A stretch of DNA of 64,000 bases from a virus. A program made the translations under genes and the position numbers. The stretch is from the IMG/VR virus record IMGVR_UViG_3300026132_000002, positions 2,763 through 66,762 of that record; one strand, written 5' to 3'. The notes under the pieces were generated by a model. The model had not been told where the DNA came from. It ran no database searches and saw nothing but the letters and a program-made list of their open reading frames with translations. Shown in pieces: positions 29,455 through 38,853 of the stretch. The first letter of the stretch is position 1. Every line of letters starts with the position of its first letter.

Positions 29455-30300
29455 TTATTTGTTGATAATGGTCTGTACCGGAGTAGGTGTTGTATCGATT
29501 TCCTTGATAAGCAGCGTGGAGCCGGAAGCGTTTTCCAATGTCGTACGATACTGGAAAGTTATATCTAGCATTATCTGGGCATAAAAGAAGCCCGGTATCT
29601 CATCCTGCCTATCCCCATCGGTCTGACCTTGCGTATACTGCACGTCAAATTCCATGCTCCCCCCTGTCTTGAGGAAGGTATTGGCAAGGTTGTAGCAGAT
29701 TGCCACAATGGCCTGACGATAGTAAGTACGCTCGGAAGGATTAGCAGCTAGCACGTAGAAGCTGTAACGGCGAAACTGCATCACTTCCACATACACACTC
29801 GGGTCCAATTGCGGAGTAGCTGCGTTACCTATGGCTGTGGAATGTTGCTGCCCCAAGTCCATGTTGACCGTGATAATCGGAAGCTCGGGGAATCCGGTGC
29901 GAGGCAGGGCATGAAGGAACTTGATCTTTCCAAAGCCGTCCGGAGGGGTGAGGGAATTAACGGCCCCTTCCATAAGGCGAATCAAGGTATCCTCATTGGG
30001 GTCTTCAATGATCTTGACTGCCTTGTTGACGCTGATGCCTGAAACCGTGACACTGGATGTAGCAGCACTGTCGGAGAGTCGGTAGGAATAGGTGTAGGCA
30101 GCATCCAGAGGCACCGATTGATTCTCACCTGCATCAATGAACCACGGGGCAGCATCCCCTGAATAAATAGTTTCCCATGTGTTGTTGAGGGTAGAACGGC
30201 GTTCCAACACAATACCGGAAGGCGCAGGTGTGTCGTACCCCATATCGAGAAATACGGCACGTCCTGTCGGGATGGCTTCAGCAGTGAGAGTCAGACTCAT
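29455..30300 (-). CDS. Tail terminator/neck completion protein (putative)
   Basis: ELPIITVNMD...AIGN; position upstream of sheath; GAGG RBS. Confidence 0.6.
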   Translation of the reverse strand: MSLTLTAEAIPTGRAVFLDMGYDTPAPSGIVLERRSTLNNTWETIYSGDAAPWFIDAGENQSVPLDAAYTYSYRLSDSAATSSVTVSGISVNKAVKIIEDPNEDTLIRLMEGAVNSLTPPDGFGKIKFLHALPRTGFPELPIITVNMDLGQQHSTAIGNAATPQLDPSVYVEVMQFRRYSFYVLAANPSERTYYRQAIVAICYNLANTFLKTGGSMEFDVQYTQGQTDGDRQDEIPGFFYAQIMLDITFQYRTTLENASGSTLLIKEIDTTPTPVQTIINK

Positions 30301-30301
30301 A

Positions 30302-30988
30302 TCAACCTCGGAATGTCTTTCCTTGTTCCTGACGCTCCTTCTGACTGAGCATACGCTGCAATCTCTTGGAAAGGAGGTCTGCCGGGTGGTATGCAGGCAT
30401 TGACGGAATTAGCCATCCTCGGCTCTTTTCGGAGATAGTACGAAACTTGCCTTTGTTGTAAGTGGAATTGAACCGCTTCTTCACGGTCCCCAGATTAGGG
30501 GCCTTCATGCGCCAAGAACGGGAAGAAGTCATTTTCACAGTCCCGGGGGCTACAGCCTTATTGTAGAAGGGGGTTTTCATGTCCGGAAGATTGCGCAGAT
30601 AAAGACGCTTGTAAAGCAGCCCATTCTTGCCATGAATCATGGTGCCATTCTTCAGCATTCGATTACGAAGACTGAAACGGCTGCGTCCATTTTCAATCAA
30701 GTCAGCGATATTGTAAGTATCAAAGCGAGAAAGCGGAGGGGCATCCGAGAACATTTCGTAGAAATGATTGCTGCGCTTGATCAATCTAAGGGACGTAGCA
30801 TAACGACCGGGGGGACGGCGCAAATGTCTACCCCCCAATGCATCGCGCCCCAAGGCAAAGCGCACCCACTTCTGGAACGTGTCTACGATAAGAGACTCGG
30901 CCACGCTAGGATCAAGGTCTGTCTGCACATCATAGTAAACCGCCGAACCCTTGGACGGCTCTATACGGATAGTAATCGGCTGTCCCAT
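30302..30988 (-). CDS. Neck/tail completion protein (basic)
   Basis: GRYATSL, LIENG, KFRTISEKSRGWLIP; TAATG coupling. Confidence 0.6.
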   Translation of the reverse strand: MGQPITIRIEPSKGSAVYYDVQTDLDPSVAESLIVDTFQKWVRFALGRDALGGRHLRRPPGRYATSLRLIKRSNHFYEMFSDAPPLSRFDTYNIADLIENGRSRFSLRNRMLKNGTMIHGKNGLLYKRLYLRNLPDMKTPFYNKAVAPGTVKMTSSRSWRMKAPNLGTVKKRFNSTYNKGKFRTISEKSRGWLIPSMPAYHPADLLSKRLQRMLSQKERQEQGKTFRG

Positions 30989-31698
30989 TACGCTGCCTTG
31001 ATCTTGCGCAGCCACAGGTCAAGGCGTTGCAACTGGAACCGGCGTGGCATTGCCAGTGAAGCGTTAAAAGGACGCGCGTGCGGGTAAGCGCCTTCCTTGA
31101 AGGCAATATACGCTTGATTGGCCGTATATTTGACGGTGTACCCGGTGCCTTCCGGGTAGCCACTCACTGCTACGGTATCTCCGCTCACAGTGTAGGTTGC
31201 AAACAGGGCTTTGTGGGCCGTAGGATCGTACACACGCACCGCACTGGTAGCAGGCACTACTGCCCCATAGGAAAAGGGCAACGTCTCTTGTTGGCCCACA
31301 TAGAGCGTCACATTATAGGTAGTCGTGGAGTTTTCCTCGATTACCATGTCATAGGCGCTCAGATTGGTATAAAAGGGGTCTTGATCCCCGCCAACTACCA
31401 GATAGGGTGAGCCGGTGGCGATGCTCCCCTGTTCCAGATTGGTTTCCATGCCAGCTTCTACAGGGTAGCTAAACCCCATCACGGCTCGATACGGACCCTG
31501 TGAAGCTTCGTAGCCATATCCTAAGCCAAAGCAACTCTGGCAAGCGGGGTCAGCCTGTCCATTGTTCCAGCTTGCACAGGGGCAAGCGAACGCCGGGCGC
31601 CACAACAAATCCATCCCCGAGAATTTGAGATTGATATCATGGCGCAACGGGTCCCAGAACATCGAAGCGTCCATCCATTGTGACAGATCGATGTTCAT
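30988..31698 (-). CDS. Head closure/neck protein
   Basis: LLWRPAFACPC...DPACQSCFGLGY Cys motif typical of SPO1/Twort-type neck proteins. Confidence 0.7.
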   Translation of the reverse strand: MNIDLSQWMDASMFWDPLRHDINLKFSGMDLLWRPAFACPCASWNNGQADPACQSCFGLGYGYEASQGPYRAVMGFSYPVEAGMETNLEQGSIATGSPYLVVGGDQDPFYTNLSAYDMVIEENSTTTYNVTLYVGQQETLPFSYGAVVPATSAVRVYDPTAHKALFATYTVSGDTVAVSGYPEGTGYTVKYTANQAYIAFKEGAYPHARPFNASLAMPRRFQLQRLDLWLRKIKAA

Positions 31699-31699
31699 A

Positions 31700-32668
31700 T
31701 TAGAGTCCTTCGATAAAGGGTGAAGTCACCATGTTGACAATGCGTTTCAAGTGATCCCTGTATTCCGCGTCAAACTGGCTGATGAAGCCAGCATACGGAC
31801 CATTGGGATTGAAGCGAGTTTCCTGCCTTACCCCATCGCTCATGGACATAAGGGCAGTAGCACCTTGGTTAATCCCAATCTGCATGGTGGAGAGAACACG
31901 TACAGCGGCTTTGGCTAATACGCAATTACGTACAAATGACCAGCGTCCTGCGTAATCCCACGGTGCCAGTCCTGCGGTATACTGGATATGAATAGCCCCC
32001 GGCACGGAACTGGAAGGTCCCAATACAGCCAACTGCAATGCGAACAGGGGCAACATCATGATGTTCTCGGACGGTACGATGCGGATCAAGCCGTAGTCCT
32101 GATCTTCTACATACCATGAAGAAGGAACGACATAGAACTCTTCCAGCAACGGGTAGATATAGGCCATAGACTTAAGAGCCGTCCAGTCGCTCTCAGCTTC
32201 TCCTATGATAGCTTGACTGTAGTCACGTAGAGGCTTATGCCTAAGCTGCATGTACCCCCACCCATTTTCAATGAAGCGGTCATAGTAGAAATCGTACCCG
32301 GCTTCATGGATATCGTAGTCCTGTCCCATTCTCTGGCCACCGGACATAAGATGACCTGCCGGAATATGGGCGGCTCGCCACGCGTCTAAACGAATTTCAG
32401 GAGGGGCAGCAACCCATGTCGGGGAAAGAAGAAGTCCGGTATCAACTTCGATACTATCTTCCGCCCACCTAATCCAGTTCAGGAGGGTGCTGTCGGGCAC
32501 CGGAAGAACATTACTCCCCGCACCTGTTTGGATAGGCACTCCCACATAATCCTTCAGGTCTTGAACCGTCACACCTGACTTCGTTACAGACCCATTGTAA
32601 AAGCCTGTAACAGTAGGTGTTGTACCCGTGGTGTCCCAAGACCACAGGGCGCTAGGGGTTACATTCAT
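31700..32668 (-). CDS. Head-tail adaptor (neck) protein
   Basis: WIRWAEDSIE, YDF, LRHKP, GLIRIVP, PGAIHIQYTAG, SMSDGV; position after capsid. Confidence 0.75.
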   Translation of the reverse strand: MNVTPSALWSWDTTGTTPTVTGFYNGSVTKSGVTVQDLKDYVGVPIQTGAGSNVLPVPDSTLLNWIRWAEDSIEVDTGLLLSPTWVAAPPEIRLDAWRAAHIPAGHLMSGGQRMGQDYDIHEAGYDFYYDRFIENGWGYMQLRHKPLRDYSQAIIGEAESDWTALKSMAYIYPLLEEFYVVPSSWYVEDQDYGLIRIVPSENIMMLPLFALQLAVLGPSSSVPGAIHIQYTAGLAPWDYAGRWSFVRNCVLAKAAVRVLSTMQIGINQGATALMSMSDGVRQETRFNPNGPYAGFISQFDAEYRDHLKRIVNMVTSPFIEGL

Positions 32669-32690
32669 AGGTTAGACCAGAAAGTGGGGA

Positions 32691-33014
32691 TTAAGACTTC
32701 TTCGTAGAACTCTTTCTGGAACGCTTGCGCGCAGTTTTGGGTTTGGGCTTTTCTTCTTCCAAAACTTCTTCTTTCATAGGAGCTTCGGTCTTGACCTTCA
32801 CTTCTCCTACAGGAGCACCAAACACTTCCGATTCTACTTGCTTACTGCGGGAAAGAGCCTCTACGTCTCCATACGGTTCAACGGCAATATACTGACCTTC
32901 TTTAGGGTTCCAGCGAAACTCAGTACCGTGGAAGCGTACAAAACGACGCCCTTTGTGATAACGCCATACGTTATGCAGAGGGGAGCCTTTGGAGATTCGA
33001 AATTCTACTTGCAC
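32691..33014 (-). CDS. Hypothetical protein with basic C-terminal tail
   Basis: GTG start; K/R/S-rich tail; first gene after terminator. Confidence 0.6.
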   Translation of the reverse strand: MQVEFRISKGSPLHNVWRYHKGRRFVRFHGTEFRWNPKEGQYIAVEPYGDVEALSRSKQVESEVFGAPVGEVKVKTEAPMKEEVLEEEKPKPKTARKRSRKSSTKKS

Positions 33015-33074
33015 GTTATGAGTCTTCCAGAAACAAGTTCTACGTTCAATTCTAGCCCTATCCTAAGCAGTGGT

Positions 33075-33111
33075 AAAAAACACGCCCCGTTGGGAGGGGC
33101 AACGAGGCGTG
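33075..33111 (-). terminator. Rho-independent terminator
   Basis: - strand CACGCCTCGTTG-loop-CAACGGGGCGTG followed by T6. Confidence 0.8.
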
Positions 33112-33154
33112 GCACCCATCTTTTCTTGTTCAGGTGCAGTTTCAGTATAAAGGC

Positions 33155-33430
33155 TTAACGGTTCATGATAAAGATATCGAACGACCGTTCATCCGTACGC
33201 CCTGCTGTAGTAACAATCTTGCATCGAACATGATAGGTGCTACCCAAGGAACCACCGGACAACCAGATAGTGGCTGAAGTCTGATTGTTGGAAGTTCTCT
33301 GGGTAGTAAGCCCTTTGGGCACACTCCAAGTCACCGAACCTGATTTACTGGAAATCGTGTCGGTGCCAAGCCATTTAGACCAATCGATCTTGTAATCTAA
33401 GATTGCGGAGGGGTCTTTCGGGTAAGCCAT
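33155..33430 (-). CDS. Fibre adaptor-type small virion protein
   Basis: KDP..ILDYKIDWSKWL...IWLSGG..G..Y...C.I.T..GRTDERSF pattern common in phage structural modules. Confidence 0.72.
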   Translation of the reverse strand: MAYPKDPSAILDYKIDWSKWLGTDTISSKSGSVTWSVPKGLTTQRTSNNQTSATIWLSGGSLGSTYHVRCKIVTTAGRTDERSFDIFIMNR

Positions 33431-34563
33431 CAGTTAGTAGGAGCTACAACTATGGTTCTATTATCCACTTCTACCTTAACAACCCTAGAAAGAGGGGTCT
33501 GTAGTGCTACCGGAAGGGAATAATAGAAAGTGGCGGACAAGCTTATAGAACGTCCTGTTGAAGTAGAGGCAGATAGCGGAGTTCCGGGTGCAGTATAGGT
33601 AGGAGTTGCTGCTAATTGATAGGAGCGTCCTGTTGAAGTAGAAACTTGAATCGGCTGATTAGCAGGTGCAGTATAGGTAGGAGTTGCTGCTAATTGATAG
33701 GAGCGTCCTGTTGAAGTAGAAACTTGAATCGGCTGATTAGCAGGTGCAGTATAGGTAGGGGTAACAAGTAACCCTAAAATACGCCCCATAGTGGCAGATA
33801 AGTTTAGCGTGGGTGATGTATAGGTAGCAGTGGCTGATACTCCTCGGGTGAAGGCAATTGATCCCGAGGCAATAGGAGTAGTGCTTCCTCCAGTAGCGGT
33901 TCCTGCATTGTAATGGTTTTGTATTTGAGTAGCGGTAAGAATGCTATTCCAGACTGCGACTGCCTGAAATGCACCCGCTGAATAGCTATCTACTGTATTA
34001 GTGGAAAACCATGCAACACGGGCACCAATTGCTGCTTCGTAACCCGTGGTAGGTAGAGTTAAGCTGCCAATTGCTCCGGTCGTATCGAGAACGCCATCGA
34101 TATAAATCTCAGCATTCCCTCCACCGACAACAGTAATTGCTATGAAATGATCACCATCTGTAAGATAATTAGAACTACCAACGGATGTACCAGCTTCTGA
34201 GTTGTGCAAAGCAGGTGCTCCAGCGCCAAAATTGATTTGGAACTTAGGAGAGCCTGAACTTTGATCACCAACCGAAAAAGCGGTACCTGCCTCTCTGGGC
34301 TGATTTAGCCACAATTCAATTGTAAAGCCTGCAGGATCAAACAGAATACCGTCACAGGGTTCGTCGGTGTAACCTGTTGTTCCGTCAAACTGTCCTGCTA
34401 CTGAGTCACTAGTGATAACGGAGGGCGACCCAATAGTCACCCCTCCGTTAATTGTCATACCTGTACCGTTTCCGGCAGCGTCGGGAATAACACCACCAGA
34501 CTGCGATTCCATCATCCATAGGCGCAGGGGATTATCCGCAAGAATGGTGGACTGGTAACTCAT
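33430..34563 (-). CDS. LamG/concanavalin-A-like domain virion protein with repeat stalk
   Basis: ILADNPL..W, FDGT, FTIELW, HFIAIT, IYIDG, VAVWNSILTATQIQNHYNAG; 26-aa repeats. Confidence 0.8.
   Translation of the reverse strand: MSYQSTILADNPLRLWMMESQSGGVIPDAAGNGTGMTINGGVTIGSPSVITSDSVAGQFDGTTGYTDEPCDGILFDPAGFTIELWLNQPREAGTAFSVGDQSSGSPKFQINFGAGAPALHNSEAGTSVGSSNYLTDGDHFIAITVVGGGNAEIYIDGVLDTTGAIGSLTLPTTGYEAAIGARVAWFSTNTVDSYSAGAFQAVAVWNSILTATQIQNHYNAGTATGGSTTPIASGSIAFTRGVSATATYTSPTLNLSATMGRILGLLVTPTYTAPANQPIQVSTSTGRSYQLAATPTYTAPANQPIQVSTSTGRSYQLAATPTYTAPGTPLSASTSTGRSISLSATFYYSLPVALQTPLSRVVKVEVDNRTIVVAPTN
33587..33759. repeat. Exact 78-bp tandem repeat (2.2 copies)
   Basis: Unit starts at 33587, 33665, 33743; encodes TPTYTAPANQPIQVSTSTGRSYQLAA. 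Confidence 0.95.
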
Positions 34564-36284
34564 TATTTCACTACCAGAACTTGCGCCTTACCCCACAGGT
34601 TCTTGCTGGCGTTACTGGCAGAATCCAAGCATGTCACCTTGACAGCATGAGGTCCGGTTGCCAAAGCAGCCGTGTTATAGGTAATGCTGTAAGGAGAGGT
34701 CGTGACAGCCGATTTTACATTAGTGCCATCAATGCTCCACTGGCAAGAAGAAACACCTTCGTTATCCCAAGCATGCGCGCTAAAGGTTTCTACACCTGTC
34801 ATTGTGGCTGCTTGGGCAGGAGCTACCACGGAAGCCTCGGGAGGAGTTACGTCCGGAGGCGGGTGGGCAAACTGCCCCACCGGAATCTTGATCAGGATTT
34901 CCTGACAGTTGCTGGTGGAATCCAGATTGACAGTCATGGCAATGTAATGGCCCGTAAAATCAATGTTGGCCCATGCCAGATTGTCATAAGTTGTTCCACC
35001 ACAACCGCCCGTGGAAATATCATTGGTCATCGTGGGAGCAATGATAAGGCTCTTGTGATTGGAAGGATCAACAGAGGGCTGGAAAGGGGAACAGTAAACT
35101 ACATAGCCCCAATTTCGATATTGGGTAGCGTTATAATCATGCGCAGTAGAATCGCAAGCGTACTGCCAGCTAAGGGGACGCTCGGACAAAGGCTTTGCAT
35201 TTGACCACATCGGATGTTCAGGAGCACCGGGGTCAGAAGCCCAAGGAATAGAGAAGAGCCAAAAGTTGCTATTGGTTCCTAAAGGATCAGATAGATCATA
35301 GACTTTGTTTCCGGACCCCTTAAAGGAGGTTGCATCCGGATCATTGATAATTGCCCAACCATATCCCATAGCAGTATGGCCTTGGGCACCATCAAATGTA
35401 CTCACATTGTAAATCCTACCCTTTTCATCCAAGTCAGCAATCATGGAATCATACGGCAGCGAAGATGCTTGATCGTTGATATACATATAACGACCATCAG
35501 CACTAGGCTGGCACTTATGGATAGGAGGTTCGCTAACAAGAGAATTAGGGAACCAAGACCACACGCCGGTTTGCATGTTGTAAACTACACACCCGTTAGC
35601 AACATAGGGAGTCCCTGTTGTCTCGTCCACACAGGCCACGATAGTGTCATTCATCGTGTAATTGCACTGGTAGATGTAGTTTCCATGCGCCGGATAGCCG
35701 GACCATGAAGTTAAATCCATGACAGTAGTGGTAGTGCCGGTGACTACGTTGTAGCGGATGATCCCATTTGCTGAGGCATTACGCATATAGATGGAATCCG
35801 GATGCATGTAACTCCAGAACCATGTCTCTGTACTCTGGGGGATCGAGCCATTCATGATCAACCCAACACGGCTCATAGTTCCCTTGTCCTTGTCGTATTT
35901 GTACAAGGTGGCACTCATGCCGGTGCCTCCACTGAGGTTCCCCAACATCCCTACATAGATATACATATAGGGTAGTCCGGTGCTGTTGGACATAACCTGC
36001 CAGTAATTGGCCCCAATATGCTCCACACACGGGTTGGAGAAACCCGCAGCGGTGCAATCAGAAGGGAGGGTAATACGCACCCCTTCTGAATTATACGGGG
36101 AGGGAAAAGTGAAATGAGTACGTGTGGAAGGCATGAATGCGGCAATGTCCGTACTGGTGTACGGAGCCATTTCCGGACTCATCGACGCGTCGTTCTTCCA
36201 GAATCCACCGGGAGGGTAAGCAGCCAAGGACAAATGTGCCACAAATAGCGTGGCACACGCAAGCAAAACGCGCCCCAATTTCAT
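34563..36284 (-). CDS. Signal-peptide protein, Cys-rich beta-propeller-like region plus C-terminal bacterial Ig-like domain
   Basis: MKLGRVLLACATLFVAHLSLAA signal; DVTPP.ASVVAP...A.DNEGVS..QWSIDG...SPYS...G.H.V.V..LD.ASN Big domain. Confidence 0.7.
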   Translation of the reverse strand: MKLGRVLLACATLFVAHLSLAAYPPGGFWKNDASMSPEMAPYTSTDIAAFMPSTRTHFTFPSPYNSEGVRITLPSDCTAAGFSNPCVEHIGANYWQVMSNSTGLPYMYIYVGMLGNLSGGTGMSATLYKYDKDKGTMSRVGLIMNGSIPQSTETWFWSYMHPDSIYMRNASANGIIRYNVVTGTTTTVMDLTSWSGYPAHGNYIYQCNYTMNDTIVACVDETTGTPYVANGCVVYNMQTGVWSWFPNSLVSEPPIHKCQPSADGRYMYINDQASSLPYDSMIADLDEKGRIYNVSTFDGAQGHTAMGYGWAIINDPDATSFKGSGNKVYDLSDPLGTNSNFWLFSIPWASDPGAPEHPMWSNAKPLSERPLSWQYACDSTAHDYNATQYRNWGYVVYCSPFQPSVDPSNHKSLIIAPTMTNDISTGGCGGTTYDNLAWANIDFTGHYIAMTVNLDSTSNCQEILIKIPVGQFAHPPPDVTPPEASVVAPAQAATMTGVETFSAHAWDNEGVSSCQWSIDGTNVKSAVTTSPYSITYNTAALATGPHAVKVTCLDSASNASKNLWGKAQVLVVK

Positions 36285-36299
36285 AGCACCCCCGGATGA

Positions 36300-36803
36300 T
36301 TAAGCAGTGGTAGCGGTAACAGAAGCTACAATATCAAGAACCCCACTTGCAGCGACTGTCTGGGCGGTTCCAAAGGCCGCTTCAGAATCCAACAAGCCGG
36401 AAGTACCAGAAGTTGCGCTCACCAAAGCGATACCTCCAATCACTCCTGAAGAAGAGAAAGTGATTGACACAGGATTGTTGGTATTGGACTTAACGCCCCC
36501 CGATGCTGCAGCCCACGTTACGGCAGGACGATTACCGGAGTAGTTGGTGGCTTCTGTCCATCCAGAATGACTTGCCAACGTGTCGGCTGCAGCAAAAGTG
36601 GGAGTGCCACTTACGAGTGCTACATAAGCAGTAAATCCGGTGCCTCCATAAATAGAGTCCAGACCAGCATCCAGAGCAGCACTTGGTACGAGGTTCCCAA
36701 TCTCTTCTCGCCAGAGTTCTGTGCCACCTTCACGGTAAACTGCTTCGTAGTAAACACGCTTGGAGTGGGAGCCGAGGATATTGCTTTCCATAATGCCTCT
36801 CAA
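36300..36803 (-). CDS. Small virion fibre/decoration protein
   Basis: NLVP...YVALV...AADTLASHSGWTE..Y...RPAVTW.AASGG pattern; A/S/T/G-rich. Confidence 0.65.
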   Translation of the reverse strand: MRGIMESNILGSHSKRVYYEAVYREGGTELWREEIGNLVPSAALDAGLDSIYGGTGFTAYVALVSGTPTFAAADTLASHSGWTEATNYSGNRPAVTWAAASGGVKSNTNNPVSITFSSSGVIGGIALVSATSGTSGLLDSEAAFGTAQTVAASGVLDIVASVTATTA

Positions 36804-36807
36804 AAGG

Positions 36808-36981
36808 TTAGGAGTTTTTGAAGATGTGGGATTGAATCAAATTTGCAGTATGAAAAGCTGCAAAAGCTCCCCCCGAAACCGAAGACCACACATCAGCGGA
36901 AATTTTATTTAATAGCAGCCCAATTGTGGAGGCAAGAACTACCGTAATAGTGACCATGAATTTGCGACTAAACAACTTCAT
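36808..36981 (-). CDS. Small 2-TM holin-like protein
   Basis: MKLFSRKF then two hydrophobic segments; AAGGA RBS. Confidence 0.55.
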   Translation of the reverse strand: MKLFSRKFMVTITVVLASTIGLLLNKISADVWSSVSGGAFAAFHTANLIQSHIFKNS

Positions 36982-37059
36982 CAAGATCACTTCCTTGATG
37001 TTCTTCGGTGTGTAGTTCAAATCTTCCATAGCTATCTATGATACGAAGATTGATCCCAT

Positions 37060-37087
37060 AAAAGAAAAGCCCCACCGAAGTGGGGCT
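37060..37087 (-). terminator. Rho-independent terminator after major capsid gene
   Basis: AGCCCCAC-TTCG-GTGGGGCT then TTTCTTTT (cUUCGg tetraloop). Confidence 0.92.
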
Positions 37088-37114
37088 AGAAGAAGGAGCA
37101 GGAGGATTATATTA

Positions 37115-38839
37115 TTAGTTGGTGGAGGTGGGGTCGAAACCAGCCTCGGGCAACACGATGTTGTGGATCAGTCCGTGGAACTTCGGAATCCGAAGCCGGA
37201 GGGCACCGATCATGGCAACGGCCCAAGGAGAGTACAGGTTCTGAGCGAACAGTTCAATCCGGCTCAGCGGGAGCAGCATCCGGTAGTCAATGGCACCGTC
37301 CTGTTCGTCCATGTCGAGCAGGTAGATGGTCTCGGAACCGGGGATGTGCGTGTTGAGGTCCGTGAACGTTACGTTATTGGAACCGTTGGCAGCGACACTA
37401 CCGATGTAGCGGAACTTGCCCGGGGTAGCCGACGTAGCCGTGGTGTCACCAAGACCCGTGCGGAACACACGGAACACGGAGGCGTCAGCGGCACCCGGAG
37501 GTGCAATCGTCAGCGTTACGGAGTCACCTGCAGCAACCGTGGCACTGCTGCTTACGGTCAGCGTGGACTCGTTCATGTTCGCATCGCAAGAAGCGACAGC
37601 GTACACGTAGCTACCTGCGTAGGTAGTGTCGAACGCGGAGCCAGTAGCACCCGTATTAACCGCCGGAGTTACCGTAGCCGGGGGGGTAGGGCTAGTGGCA
37701 GTGGCCTTGGAAACACCATTGTCATTGGTGATGGCGGCTACCGGGATATCACGTGCCGTGATCAGCAAGTCCAGCGGGAACTGAATCTCACCGAAGCGCG
37801 TACGCATACCCTGCAGATCACCATTCACTTCAATAGGCTCACGCATGGAACGCGTAAGCTGGTTCACGATGTTGTTCAGGACACCTGTTACGAGACTCTG
37901 CATTCCTGCCAGAGTGTTAGGCGTCATGAGCGCGTGGGTGGTGTAACCGAAGTTGGCGTAACTCGTCAACTGAGAAGCGCCCTCATAAATGAGGTTATAC
38001 AACGCCTGTTCACGGGACCAAGAATTGGTCGTGCCTACGGAGTTGTAGTAGTCTTCAAAGTCGTAACGATGGTTCGTGTCATTCGGGATGAGCGTGTCCA
38101 GACCGTCAAACTGGTTGGGGTACAGGCTCGCATCACCGTGGTACAGGGTCCAGTTAGCAGTGCTCAGGATTCCGAGCGATGCGTTCATGGTCTCCTGTTC
38201 ACCAATGTTGGTGAAGGAGTTCTGTGCAGCCAATGCAGTGGTGATGGCACGTCCGTCAACCATCAGCTTGAGGATGACGTTCTTCAACTCGTAATCACCG
38301 GCATTGGTGTTGAGCGATCCCGTGCCTACAGAGTTGTAGGACGAGAAGGCAGCACCCGGAGGGGGAGCGCCGGTGTCGAGAACATACGGCCAGTAATCCA
38401 CGATCTGGTTGGCCATAGTCTTGTCGAGAATCTGGTACAGCGTGAACGAAGAAGGCCGGATCGTGCCACGGGCTACCTGTGTGTCAAGCGACACATAGCC
38501 GAGGGTCTGACCACCCGTGATCTGGGTGAAGTCCGTGAGTGTGCCTACGTCCAGTTCAGCCTTGGTAAGCTCACCGCTCTTCTCCACGGGGAAGTTCGGG
38601 AAGAACTTGGTGGAACGTGTAGCTTTGCGAAGCTCACGTGCGCGCCAACGAAGAGGTTCAAGGCTCTTCTCAACGATGGCAGTAGCGGCGTGATTCTCCG
38701 TAGGGTCACGATCCTCACCAAGACTGGATGCAAGGTTCACCATCGCATCAGTGAAACGCTGTTCACCATAAGGCGAGGTCTGCGCTACGACGTGGCGCAC
38801 AGCCTTCTGGAGGTGGAAATGCTGCTTTGTGTCAGCCAT
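37115..38839 (-). CDS. Major capsid protein (SPO1/Twort-like, with inserted beta-sandwich domain)
   Basis: GGQTLGYVSLD, LYHGD...QFDGL, YVYAVAS..ES insert, MLLPLSRIELF; strong codon bias; GAGG RBS; strong terminator downstream. Confidence 0.88.
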   Translation of the reverse strand: MADTKQHFHLQKAVRHVVAQTSPYGEQRFTDAMVNLASSLGEDRDPTENHAATAIVEKSLEPLRWRARELRKATRSTKFFPNFPVEKSGELTKAELDVGTLTDFTQITGGQTLGYVSLDTQVARGTIRPSSFTLYQILDKTMANQIVDYWPYVLDTGAPPPGAAFSSYNSVGTGSLNTNAGDYELKNVILKLMVDGRAITTALAAQNSFTNIGEQETMNASLGILSTANWTLYHGDASLYPNQFDGLDTLIPNDTNHRYDFEDYYNSVGTTNSWSREQALYNLIYEGASQLTSYANFGYTTHALMTPNTLAGMQSLVTGVLNNIVNQLTRSMREPIEVNGDLQGMRTRFGEIQFPLDLLITARDIPVAAITNDNGVSKATATSPTPPATVTPAVNTGATGSAFDTTYAGSYVYAVASCDANMNESTLTVSSSATVAAGDSVTLTIAPPGAADASVFRVFRTGLGDTTATSATPGKFRYIGSVAANGSNNVTFTDLNTHIPGSETIYLLDMDEQDGAIDYRMLLPLSRIELFAQNLYSPWAVAMIGALRLRIPKFHGLIHNIVLPEAGFDPTSTN

Positions 38840-38853
38840 TGTTGTAATACCTC

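Noticed and set aside
33587-33759. CRISPR array or DGR template/variable repeat
   Set aside because: Contiguous in-frame coding repeat with no spacers, no adenine-specific mismatches, and no cas or reverse transcriptase gene in the window
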